DNA from: Macrostomum hystrix
Taxonomy: Eukaryota > Animalia > Platyhelminthes
Length of the DNA: 64,000 nucleotides
Direction of reading: 5' to 3'
Assembly (NCBI GenBank): GCA_950097015.1
Contig: CATNEN010000039.1
Coordinates: 1,364,001-1,428,000 of the forward strand
Shown piece by piece: positions 24,701 through 36,472 of this stretch. Made by a program: the position numbers and the translations under genes. The stretch's first letter is position 1. Each line of letters starts with the position of its first letter. Below the pieces are notes generated by a model. It searched no databases, was not told where the DNA came from, and saw only the letters and a program-made list of their open reading frames with translations.

Positions 24701-27700
24701 TCGCTCCTCCCATCCACTCTCTCCCATCCGCTCTCTCCCATTCGCTCCTCCCATCCACTCTCTCCCATCCGCTCTCTCCCATCCGCTCTCTCCCATTCGC
24801 TGTCTCCCATTCGCTCTCCCCCATCCACTCTCTCCAATCCGCTCTCTCCCATCCGCTCTCTCCCATTCGCTCTCTCCCATTCGCTCCTCCCATCCGCTCT
24901 CTCCAATCCGCTCTCTCCCATTCGCTCTCTCCCATTTGCTCTCTCCCATCCACTCTCTCCCATCCGCTTCTCCCATTCGCTCCTCCCATCCACTCTCTCC
25001 CATTCGCTCTCTCCCATCCGCTCTCTCCAATCCGCTCTCTCCCATTCGCTCTCTCCCATTTGCTCTCTCCCATCCACTCTCTCCCATCCGCTCCTCCCAT
25101 CCACTCTCTCCCATTCGCTCTCTCCCATCCACTCTCTCCCATCCGCTCTCTCCCATTCGCTCCTCCCATCCACTCTCTCCCATCCGCTCTCTCCCATTCG
25201 CTCCTCCCATCCACTCTCTCCCATTCGCTCTCTCCCATTCGCTCCTCCCATCCACTCTCTCCCATCCACTCTCTCCAATCCGCTCTCTCCCATCCGCTCT
25301 CTCCCATCCGCTCTCTCCCATCCGCTCTCTCCCATTCGCTGTCTCCCATTCGCTCTCTCCCATTCGCTCTCTCCCATTCGCTCTCTCCCATTCGCTCCTC
25401 CCATCCACTCTCTCCCATCCGCTCTCTCCCATTCGCTCCTCCCATCCACTCTCTCCCATCCGCTCTCTCCCATTCGCTCTCTCCCATTCGCTCCTCCCAT
25501 CCACTCTCTCCCATCCACTCTCTCCCATTCGCTGTCTCCCATTCGCTCTCTCCCATCCACTCTCTCCCATTCGCTCTCTCCCATTCGCTCCTCCCATCCA
25601 CTCTCTCCCATCCGCTCTCTCCCATTCGCTCCTCCCATCCACTCTCTCCCATCCGCTCTCTCCCATCCGCTCTCTCCCATTCGCTGTCTCCCATTCGCTC
25701 TCCCCCATCCACTCTCTCCAATCCGCTCTCTCCCATCCGCTCTCTCCCATTCGCTCTCTCCCATTCGCTCCTCCCATCCACTCTCTCCCATCCGCTCTCT
25801 CCCATTCGCTCCTCCCATCCATTCTCCGCCATCCGCTCTCTCCCATTCGCTCTCTCCCATCCACTCTCTCCAATCCGCTCTCTCCCATCCGCTCTCTCCC
25901 ATCCGCTCTCTCCAATCCGCTCTCTCCCATTCGCTCTCTCCCATTTGCTCTCTCCCATCCACTCTCTCCCATCCGCTCCTCCCATCCACTCTCTCCCATT
26001 CGCTCTCTCCCATTCGCTCCTCCCACCCACTCTCTCCCATCCGCTCTCTCCCATTCGCTCCTCCCATCCACTCTCTCCCATTCGCTCTCTCCCATTCGCT
26101 CCTCCCATCCGCTCTCTCCAATTCGCTCCTCCCATCCACTCTCTCCCATTCGCTCTCTCCCATTCGCTCTCTCCCATTTGCTCTCTCTCATCCACTCTCT
26201 CCCATCCGCTCCTCCCATCCACTCTCTCCCATTCGCTCTCTCCCATCCACTCTCTCCCATCCGCTCTCTCCCATTCGCTCCTCCCATCCACTCTCTCCCA
26301 TCCGCTCTCTCCCATTCGCTCCTCCCATCCACTCTCTCCCATCCGCTCTCTCCCATCCGCTCTCTCCAATCCGCTCTCTCCCATTCGCTCTCTCCCATTT
26401 GCTCTCTCCCATCCACTCTCTCCCATCCGCTCCTCCCATCCACTCTCTCCCATTCGCTCTCTCCCATCCACTCTCTCCCATTCGCTCTCTCCCATTCGCT
26501 CCTCCCATCCACTCTCTCCCATCCGCTCTCTCCCATTCGCTCCTCCCATTCGCTCTCTCCCATCCACTCTCTCCTATCCATTCTCCGCCATCCGCTCTCT
26601 CCCATTCGCTCTCTCCGATCCGCTCTGTCCCATTCGCTGTCTCCCATCCACTCTCTCCAATCCGCTCTCTCCCATCCGCTCTCTCCCATCCGCTCTCTCC
26701 CATCCGCTCTCTCCCATTCGCTGTCTCCCATTCGCTCTCTCCCATTCGCTCTCTCCCATTCGCTCTCTCCCATTCGCTCCTCCCATCCACTCTCTCCCAT
26801 CCGCTCTCTCCCATTCGCTCCTCCCATCCACTCTCTCCCATCCGCTCTCTCCCATTCGCTCTCTCCCATTCGCTCCTCCCATCCACTCTCTCCCATCCGC
26901 TCTCTCCCATTCGCTGTCTCCCATTCGCTCTCTCCCATCCACTCTCTCCCATTCGCTCTCTCCCATTCGCTCCTCCCATCCACTCTCTCCCATCCGCTCT
27001 CTCCCATTCGCTCCTCCCATCCACTCTCTCCCATCCGCTCTCTCCCATCCGCTCTCTCCCATTCGCTGTCTCCCATTCGCTCTCCCCCATCCACTCTCTC
27101 CAATCCGCTCTCTCCCATCCGCTCTCTCCCATTCGCTCTCTCCCATTCGCTCCTCCCATCCGCTCTCTCCAATCCGCTCTCTCCCATTCGCTCTCTCCCA
27201 TTTGCTCTCCCCCATCCACTCTCTCCCATCCGCTTCTCCCATTCGCTCCTCCCATCCACTCTCTCCCATTCGCTCTCTCCCATCCGCTCTCTCCAATCCG
27301 CTCTCTCCCATTCGCTCTCTCCCATTTGCTCTCTCCCATCCACTCTCTCCCATCCGCTCCTCCCATCCACTCTCTCCCATTCGCTCTCTCCCATCCACTC
27401 TCTCCCATCCGCTCTCTCCCATTCGCTCCTCCCATCCACTCTCTCCCATCCGCTCTCTCCCATTCGCTCCTTCCATCCACTCTCTCCCATTCGCTCTCTC
27501 CCATCCACTCTCTCCCATTCGCTCTCTCCCATTCGCTCCTCCCATCCACTCTCTCCCATCCACTCTCTCCAATCCGCTCTCTCCCATCCGCTCTCTCCCA
27601 TCCGCTCTCTCCCATCCGCTCTCTCCAATCCGCTCTCTCCCATTCGCTGTCTCCCATTCGCTCTCTCCCATTCGCTCTCTCCCATTCGCTCTCTCCCATT

Positions 27701-30295
27701 CGCTCCTCCCATCCACTCTCTCCCATCCGCTCTCTCCCATTCGCTCCTCCCATCCACTCTCTCCCATCCGCTCTCTCCCATTCGCTCTCTCCCATTCGCT
27801 CCTCCCATCCACTCTCTCCCATCCACTCTCTCCCATTCGCTGTCTCCCATTCGCTCTCTCCCATCCACTCTCTCCCATTCGCTCTCTCCCATTCGCTCCT
27901 CCCATCCACTCTCTCCCATCCGCTCTCTCCCATTCGCTCCTCCCATCCACTCTCTCCCATCCGCTCTCTCCCATCCGCTCTCTCCCATTCGCTGTCTCCC
28001 ATTCGCTCTCCCCCATCCACTCTCTCCAATCCGCTCTCTCCCATCCGCTCTCTCCCATTCGCTCTCTCCCATTCGCTCCTCCCATCCACTCTCTCCCATC
28101 CGCTCTCTCCCATTCGCTCCTCCCATCCATTCTCCGCCATCCGCTCTCTCCCATTCGCTCTCTCCCATCCACTCTCTCCAATCCGCTCTCTCCCATCCGC
28201 TCTCTCCCATCCGCTCTCTCCAATCCGCTCTCTCCCATTCGCTCTCTCCCATTTGCTCTCTCCCATCCACTCTCTCCCATCCGCTCCTCCCATCCACTCT
28301 CTCCCATTCGCTCTCTCCCATTCGCTCCTCCCACCCACTCTCTCCCATCCGCTCTCTCCCATTCGCTCCTCCCATCCACTCTCTCCCATTCGCTCTCTCC
28401 CATTCGCTCCTCCCATCCGCTCTCTCCAATTCGCTCCTCCCATCCACTCTCTCCCATTCGCTCTCTCCCATTCGCTCTCTCCCATTTGCTCTCTCTCATC
28501 CACTCTCTCCCATCCGCTCCTCCCATCCACTCTCTCCCATTCGCTCTCTCCCATCCACTCTCTCCCATCCGCTCTCTCCCATTCGCTCCTCCCATCCACT
28601 CTCTCCCATCCGCTCTCTCCCATTCGCTCCTCCCATCCACTCTCTCCCATTCGCTCTCTCCCATCCGCTCTCTCCAATCCGCTCTCTCCCATTCGCTCTC
28701 TCCCATTTGCTCTCTCCCATCCACTCTCTCCCATCCGCTCCTCCCATCCACTCTCTCCCATTCGCTCTCTCCCATCCACTCTCTCCCATTCGCTCTCTCC
28801 CATTCGCTCCTCCCATCCACTCTCTCCCATCCGCTCTCTCCCATTCGCTCCTCCCATCCACTCTCTCCAATCCGCTCTCTCCCATCCGCTCTCTCCCATT
28901 CGCTCCTCCCATTTGCTCCCTCCCATCCGCTCTCTCCCATCCGCTCTCTCCCATCCACTCTCTCCCATTTGCTCCCTCCCATCCACTCTCTCCCATTCGC
29001 TCTCTCCCATTCGCTCCTCCCATCCACTCTCTCCCGTCCGCTCTCTCCCATTCGCTCCTCCTATCCACTCTCTCCCATCCGCTCTCTCCCATCCGCTCTC
29101 TCCCATTCGCTGTCTCCCATTCGCTCTCTCCCATCCACTCTCTCCCATCCACTCTGTCCCATTCGCTCTCTCCCATTCGCTCTCTCCCATCCGCTCGCTC
29201 CCATATCTTTTGCCGCTGCCTCGCGCCTCGCAGTCGCTGCCAGCAGGAGCTGGATTTCCAGCACATCTCGCTGGACGCCTCGATATTCACCACCGGCTCG
29301 GTGGCCAGCGTCTCCAACAAGGTGGCGCGCATGAGCAGTGGAAACTTCCTGGTGTTGCGCCGTTCGCAGCAGAAGAAGCAGCAGCAGCAGCAGGAGCTGT
29401 CAGAGGACTCGGATGCCACCACAGAGTCTGCCGCAGCCACCATTGAGCACACCCTCATTGTTCGCGACGACAACGGCAGCGTGAGGACCTTTCGCATCAC
29501 CGAGCGAGACACCGATCTGAGCTTCCGGCCGCAGGTGAGCCCTGGAATTGACTCCCCAGAAACTCCCCCAATCAAAAGCATCAGCCAGGTGAGAAAGCCC
29601 CTCCTGCCTCTTCAAGGCACAAAAATAATTTGATTTATCGACCAGAAAGAGTTATAAAAACTGTCAAAACGAGTTAATTATTGGCGCCTAGTTAGCGAAC
29701 TGTAAAATCTTCTAAGGCAAATTAGGCGAATGACCGATACTCGTGATAGTACACCATTCGGATCAAAATTTTCGATAAACTGACTTTTAAAGCCCTCCGA
29801 CGTCAGCATCATCGAGATATTCAGCGATTCTTGTCAAAGACCCTGATGACAAGGACAGCTAAGATAGCACTGTATAAAGCTCGATGGCGAATCCATATTG
29901 TCTTAATAATCTGAGTCCATCTGTAGCATGCACCTGAGTCCATCTGTAGCATGGACCTGAGTCCATCTGTAGCATGGACCTTTGTTCTCACCATCCCAGG
30001 CACCAGGGTCATTTTCGTCGACCGTCGGGACCTTCAACAAAAGCTCCCGATCGGAATCTCAAAATCGTCCTCAGTATGCTGTCTTTAGTCAGGGGACCCT
30101 GCAGTGACGCGGATGCTGAGAACAAATAAAGGTTTCAAACAGTCAAACCTGTCTCTCGCCCCTGTCCCGCAGAAAACCTTCACCCTGGAGGACCGGCCGG
30201 AACTGGTGACGGACCGCATCGAGAAAATGGTACATTTGCTGTGCATCAAGAGCAGGTTCCTGTCGCCCGAAATCACTTCACTGGTGAAGCCCTGA
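18752..30295 (+). CDS. PH - Pro/Gln-rich - SH2-SH2-SH2 adaptor, paralog A, about 795 aa; exons 18752-18785, 19094-19192, 19471-19570, 20254-20433, 20775-20997, 21497-21630, 21938-22031, 22248-22708, 22791-23063, 23137-23226, 23667-23799, 23921-24063, 29234-29534, 30173-30295
   Basis: 14 GT-AG phase-consistent exons totalling 2388 nt, open. PH-like: SDYLVKL...FSVYYGVLRANRLFLF...SKWKRHL. SH2-like: DNGVYMLR...MEALLFYHH..LLLRRPF; LWSHG..DDGTYTLR..FASLEELIIHYH..LLKVPF; GNFLVLRRS..VRTFRI. Conserved with paralog B. Linker exons 5-7 are less certain. Confidence 0.82.
19604..20207. repeat. 20-bp minisatellite, paralog A intron 3
   Basis: CACCCACCACCCCAGCT(G/A)AG, about 30 copies. Confidence 0.96.
20474..20756. 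repeat. 14-bp minisatellite, paralog A intron 4
   Basis: GCTGCAGTTTCCCA, about 20 copies. Confidence 0.96.
21068..21405. repeat. 17-bp minisatellite, paralog A intron 5
   Basis: TGACTCATTGGGAAT(C/T)G. Confidence 0.95.
21666..21894. repeat. 13-bp minisatellite, paralog A intron 6
   Basis: GTTGATGCAGTTT. Confidence 0.96.
23237..23386. repeat. 19-bp minisatellite, paralog A intron 10
   Basis: GGGATTTCTCTGATCTGCA, about 8 copies. Confidence 0.95.
23469..23620. repeat. 24-bp minisatellite, paralog A intron 10
   Basis: CTGGGATCTGTCAGGTTTAGAGGG, about 6 copies. Confidence 0.95.
24220..29203. repeat. About 5-kb pyrimidine-rich 13/14-bp satellite, paralog A intron 12
   Basis: CTCTCTCCCAT(T/C)C(G/A) and CTCCTCCCATCCA variants. 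Confidence 0.97.
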
Positions 30296-31304
30296 TCCAA
30301 GGACAGCCGTGGCGCAGGCCGAACAATGCCCTATTATGCTCCTTCTGATCCTAGAGAAATGGAAAAGGGTTTTACTAAATCATAAATGCAAGCCCCCGTG
30401 TTAAACAGAATCAGCGTTGATTTTGGAGAAAAGTTTTGTTGCAAAACACCAAATAGCCCCCACCTGACCCTCCATCAATTTTTAACTGTACCTAAATCAA
30501 TAGCAAAATAAAAGCCAAGCAATTGATGCCAACTTTTCTAAAAAAATCTATCGAAAAATCATTGATGCACCCGAAGTCAATAATATAATCAGGACCGAAC
30601 GCCGTTTTAAAGACTTCAGCAAACCTTCGCGAAGACATTCGCTGATGAATAAATTTTCGTGTAAAACGATAAGTCAAAGCCTGAGTCTTACCGGGAAGGG
30701 GTTGTAACTCGCGCTCACACAGTCTGCGGAGAACGGACCAAGCTTCGATGTCTAGGCAAATTTGTTCTTCTTATAGTTTTTCCATCACTGTGAGCGCAAA
30801 GCACAAAGACATGGGATGCCAGGGCAGGGTGACGCCAGCGACGGGCCAGAGAGACAATGGGGCAACGGAACTGGCCAATCATATACCGACCCAGCCGCGC
30901 AAACCGGTGGGTGTCGGTCGCCTGATTGGGTGGGGCTAGCGCTGAAGCCTCGCAGGGCTGGGGGTGGGGCGAGGGTGACCGAGTGGGGTTGAGCAAAAAA
31001 TGGGACTTGAGTTCCAGCCAGCACAAGGGGCGGCAGACTGGTCAGAGGGGCAAAGCACACTTGAGACGGGATGGGGCAAGGGTGAACAACAATTGACTGG
31101 CGAGAGGAGGGATACAGTTCACAACAAATGCATGAAATCCTCAGACTTCTCCGGTGAAGGGACTTTAGGGAGACTCTCACAGGTCTAGACTTACGAGCTT
31201 GCTCAACCGTTGCGGATTTCCCAGGTATGCGTAGTGTGCCCAGCTGTTAAACTTGCCTACGCATTAGGTAGCTCAATAATATCTTATAGACAGGAACCAC
31301 TTGC

Positions 31305-31796
31305 CCCCGTGATAGTGACACCCCCGTGGTTGTGGCACCCCCGTGGTGGTTAAGCGCCCCGGTGGTGGTGGCGCCCCCGTGGTGGTGGCGCCCCCGTGGT
31401 GGTTAGCGCCCCGGTGGTGGTGGCGCCCCCGTGGTGGTGGCGCCCCCGTGGTTGTGGCGCCCCCGTGGTGGTGGCGCCCCCGTGGTTGTGGCGCCCCGTG
31501 GTGGTGGCGCCCCCGTGGTTGTGGCACCCCCGTGGTGGTTAGCGCCCCGGTGGTGGTGGCGCCCCCGTGGTGGTGGCGCCCCCGTGGTTGTGGCGCCCCC
31601 GTGGTGGTGGCGCCCCCGTGGTTGTGGCGCCCCGGGGTTGTGGCGCCCCGGGGTGGTGGCGCCCCCGTGGTGGTGGCGCCCCCGTGGTTGTGGCGCCCCG
31701 GGGTTGTGGCGCCCCCGTGGTTGTGGCGCCCCGGGGTTGTGGCGCCCCCGTGGGTGGCGTCCCCGTGGTGGTGGTGCCCCCCGTGGTGGTGGCCCC
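31305..31796. repeat. GC-rich minisatellite, unit about 17 bp
   Basis: GGCGCCCCCGTGGT(G/T)GT; followed by a hAT-like terminus CCAGGCTTCGCCACTG ending at 31824. Confidence 0.93.
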
Positions 31797-32166
31797 GCTA
31801 GAAAAAATCCAGGCTTCGCCACTGAGGGTGCCGCACTCATGACGGCTCAAAAGCATGGCCCTGCACTTTACTTAGGGTCTCAAGAACCCCTTTGGTCTCT
31901 AGAGCACTATTCAAAATGAAGCCAGCAAAAGAGATGCCTGGTCTGACAATGGTAGTCTAGATCCGCCGGCGGGGCGGGCTTTCAGTCCTGTGTGTTCCTC
32001 ACTTTTTGTTGATCTTGCTTTGTCAGCCATGTGACCAGCGCGCGCCACGGAGGATGAAAGCTTGAAAAAGGTCTCTGAGACCATGGGTGACGACAGCCGA
32101 CTTTCTGGACGGATCCGGGTCAGGGCGGCAAAGCTGCTCGTCCATGACGAGGTTCCATAGGATCGG

Positions 32167-33259
32167 ACTGATGCATTGAATGACCAACAGACTGATGCAT
32201 TGAATGACCAACAAACTGATGCACTGAATGACCAACAGACTGATGCATTGAATGACCAACAGGCTGATGCATTGAATGACCAACATACTGATGCATTGAA
32301 TGACCAACAGACTGATGCATTAAATGACGAACAGGCTGATGCATTGAATGACCAACAGACTGATGCATTGAATGACCAACAGACTGATGCATTGAATGAC
32401 GAACAGGCTGATGCATTGAATGACCAACAGACTGATGCATTGAATGACCAACAGACTGATGCATTGAATGACGAACAGGCTGATGCATTGAATGACCAAC
32501 AGGCTGATGCATTGAATGACCAACAGACTGATGCATTGAATGACGAACAGGCTGATGCATTGAATGACCAACAGACTGATGCATTGAATGACCAACAGAC
32601 TGATGCATTGAATGACCAACAGGCTGATGCATTGAATGACCAACAGACTGATGCATTGAATGACCAACAGAATGATGCATTGAATGACCAACAGACTGAT
32701 GCATTGAATGACCAACAGGCTGATGCATTGAATGACCAACAGGCTGAGGCATTGAATGACCAACAGACTGATGCATTGAATGACCAACAGACTGATGCAT
32801 TGAATGACCAACAGACTGCTGCACTGAATGACCAACAGACTGATGCATTGAATGACCAACAGACTGATGCACTGAATGACCAACAGACTGATGCATTGAA
32901 TGACCAACAGACTGATGCATTGAATGACCAACAGACTGATGCATTGAATGACCAACAGGCTGATGCATTGAATGACCAACAGACTGATGCATTGAATGAC
33001 CAACAGACTGATGCATTGAATGACCAACAGGCTGATGCATTGAATGACCAACAGACTGATGCATTGAATGACCAACAGACTGATGCATTGAATGACCAAC
33101 AGACTGATGCATTGAATGACCAACAGACTGATGCATTGAATGACCAACAGACTGATGCATTGAATGACCAACAGACTGATGCATTGAATGACCAACAGAC
33201 TGATGCATTGAATGACCAACAGACTGATGCATTGAATGACCAACAGACTGATGCATTGA
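32167..33259. repeat. 24-bp minisatellite (about 45 copies)
   Basis: GACTGATGCATTGAATGACCAACA. Confidence 0.97.
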
Positions 33260-33752
33260 GGGACCAGAAGACTCATCATTACATAATCCAATAAAAATTA
33301 CGCAAATGAAATCTCCAAAAGATATAAATAGAGCATTCATTCAATGAGTCATTCAATGAGTCGTTCAATGAGTCATCCTTTTCTATGAGTCAACAGGGAT
33401 ACATTGTGCCTGGGCGGGCATAAAACACTTGTACATCAGACAAGTTAGTTTGCTGGCCAGTATCCAAGGGTGGGGGCTCTGGCCATTGCTCTGTGCTAAA
33501 CAAAGCTCGGCAGAGAGTGAGCTCTTATCAGCACGTCATCTGGAAAAGTTACAGAAACTCCACAGCCAGACCTGCATCAGTTAAAATGGCAGCTTCCGGG
33601 GCGGGGGGCATTTGGCTTGCATTTGCGCACAGTTTGGAGATCTTAAAAGAATCTAAAGCATTCGATTGCAACTGCAAAACTGAACTGACTTTCACTGGCT
33701 GGCCTCTGCTTGAATCACCTCGCGCAAATTCACAGTCCTGTCTGAACACAGA

Positions 33753-36441
33753 ATGTCAGACACGACAAATAGAGAATACCTGGAAAGACTCTCAGGTAAG
33801 TTCATCGATCATTTTGGGTTTTAAGTTTGAGGCTCCAAAATTCGGGTTTTGAGTTTGAGGCTCCAAAATTCGGGTTTTGAGTCTGAGGTTCCAATTCGGG
33901 TTTTGAGTCTGAGGTTCCAATTCGGGTTTTGAGTCTGAGGTTCCAATTCGGGTTTTGAGTCTGAGGTTCCAAAATTCGGGTTTTGAGTCTGAGATTCCAA
34001 TTCGGGTTTTGAGTTTGAGGCTCCAAAATTCGGGTTTTGAGTCTGAGGTTCCAATTCGGGTTTTGAGTCTGTGGTTCCAATTCGGGTTTTGAGTCTGAGG
34101 TTCCAATTCGGGTTTTGAGTCTGAGATTCCAATTCGGGTTTTGAGTCTGAGATTCCAATTCGGGTTTTGAGTCTGAGGTTCCAATTCGGGTTTTGAGTCT
34201 GAGGTTCCAATTCGGGTTTTGAGTCTGAGGTTCCAATTCGGGTTTTGAGTCTGAGGTTCCAATTCGGGTTTTGAGTCTGAGGTTCCAATTCGGGTTTTGA
34301 GTCTGAGGTTCCAATTCGGGTTTTGAGTCTGAGGTTCCAATTCGGGTTTTGAGTCTGAGGTTCCAATTCGGGTTTTGAGTCTGAGGTTCCAATTCGGTTT
34401 TGAGTCTGAGATTCCAATTCGGGTTTTGAGTCTGAGGTTCCAATTCGGGTTTTGAGTCTAAGGTTCCAATTCGAGTTTTGAGTCTGAGATTCCAATTCGG
34501 GTTTTGAGTCTGAGGTTCCAATTCGGGTTTTGAGTCTAAGGTTCCAATTCGGGTTTTGAGTCTGAGGTTCCAATTCGGGTTTTGAGTCTGAGATTCCAAT
34601 TCGGGTTTTGAGTCTGAGGTTCCAATTCGGGTTTTGAGTCTAAGGTTCCAATTCGGGTTTTGAGTTTGAGGCTCCAAAATTCGGGTTTTGAGTCTGAGGT
34701 TCCAATTCGGGTTTTGAGTCTGAGGTTCCAATTCGGGTTTTGAGTCTGAGGTTCCAATTCGGGTTTTGAGTCTGAGGTTCCAATTCGGGTTTTGAGTCTG
34801 AGGTTCCAATTCGGGTCTTGAGTCTGAGGTTCCAAAATTCGGGTTTTGAGTCTGAGGTTCCAATTTGGGTTTTGAGTCTGAGGTTCCAATTCGGGTTTTG
34901 AGTCTGAGGTTCCAATTCGGGTTTTGAGTCTGTGGTTCCAATTCGGGTTTTGAGTCTGAGGTTCCAAAATTCGGGTTTTGAGTCTGAGATTCCAATTCGG
35001 GTTTTGAGTCTGAGGTTCCAATTCGGGTTTTGAGTCTAAGGTTCCAATTCGGGTTTTGAGTCTAAGGTTCCAATTCGGGTTTTGAGTCTGAGGTTCCAAT
35101 TCGGGTTTTGAGTCTGAGATTCCAATTCGGGTTTTGAGTCTGAGATTCCAATTCGGGTTTTGAGTCTGAGGTTCCAATTCGGGTTTTGAGTCTGAGGTTC
35201 CAATTCGGGTTTTGAGTCTGAGATTCCAATTCGGGTTTTGAGTCTGAGGTTCCAATTCGGGTTTTGAGTCTAAGGTTCCAATTCGGGTTTTGAGTCTGAG
35301 GTTCCAATTCGGGTTTTGAGTGTGAGATTTTGAGTTCAAGAGTTGATGCAGGGCTGGGACAAACAAACAGTATTTGCCATTGCCAGTGAAGCGCCTTGTT
35401 GAGCACCAGTTTAAATGCGACAGTCCGCAGCACCAGGACTACCTCATCAAGCTGGAGACTGATCCGCGGACTAGGAGCCATCGATGTGAGTCTCCACCTG
35501 TTAGCGATCTTATTTTGTTAGAGACAGACCTACACCTGTTACACAGACCTACACCTGTTACACAGACCTACACTACACCTGTTACACAGATCTACACCTG
35601 TTACACAGACCCACACCTGTTACACAGACCCACACCTGTTACACAGACCCACACCTGTTGGACACAACTGCATCTGTTTGTAAAGGACGTGCATCTTTAC
35701 AACAGCTTTTCATTTTAGACAGCATTGTGATGTATTTAATTATCCATTTTCAGTCGCCGTGTATTTTGCTGTTCTTCGAGCGCACAGCCTGTTCCTGTTT
35801 CATCACGACCAGTCGGAGCAGTGCAGTAAGCGAATATGCCTAGGAAGCAACAGGTGAGCTATGTTGCCAACAAACTCAAGCAAACTTGCTTGCTAGTTTT
35901 AGTGAGAAACTAAAAAGCAGAGAACATGTAGCTCATATCCTTACAAAAGTCAAACATAAGCATAACAACAAGACCAGAATTGATATTCGCAAATCGCACT
36001 ACTGTACTTTTAGTAGAAATATACACATTTTATCCTCCTGCGCATGCTTAGAATGGGCGAGTTTAAGCCGGTTGGTCGCTGGCCGGCCGGCTGCACAGAG
36101 GGCTGTCAGCTGCAGCTCGCTACGGTCAAGCAGGTACCGGGTGTCAAATCGGCAGCCGACTGTCACCAGCTGGGCTTCTTCCCGAGCTCCGAATGGCCAA
36201 GACGCCTGGAGGCTTACAAGACGATGACGAGCAGCATCAGTGGCCCAGAGGAGCTCGGCGAACTCTGGACGTCGCTTGCTGCCGATGCTGCGCCATCTAT
36301 CGGCGCCCTGTTGCCTCGGAAACCGCCCAAGCCAGGGAAGCTAGCGCAGAATCCCTTTGCGCGTTCGGAAGCGCTGGGAAGGCTGGAGCCACAACAGCAG
36401 CAGCAGCAACAGCCTGCACCACCCCAACAGCAGCCACAGTC

Positions 36442-36472
<31 letters not shown>

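Larger units (their letters stand above)
30700..33500 (-). pseudogene. Highly decayed non-LTR retrotransposon remnant interrupted by two minisatellites
   Basis: RT motif SPILWNLVMDE at about 32135-32168. Weaker LGYWP..V(F)..RPG at about 33410-33480 and Cys-rich C-terminal-like sequence at about 30750-30880 fall in the expected order. Confidence 0.4.

Noticed and set aside
24064-29633. ORFs of 670-1756 aa in all frames
   Set aside because: Stop-poor satellite open on both strands. It lies inside a phase-consistent intron whose counterpart in paralog B is 134 nt. Only 29234-29534 is coding.
31241-31824. Complete hAT MITE around the GC-rich array
   Set aside because: The right end looks hAT-like, but the left TIR matches only about 9/16 and the TSD 7/8. 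Not enough support.
32120-33340. (TDALNDQQ)n coiled-coil or adhesive-like repeat protein
   Set aside because: Open in several frames on both strands, with no unique flanking coding sequence, signal peptide or convincing splice context.
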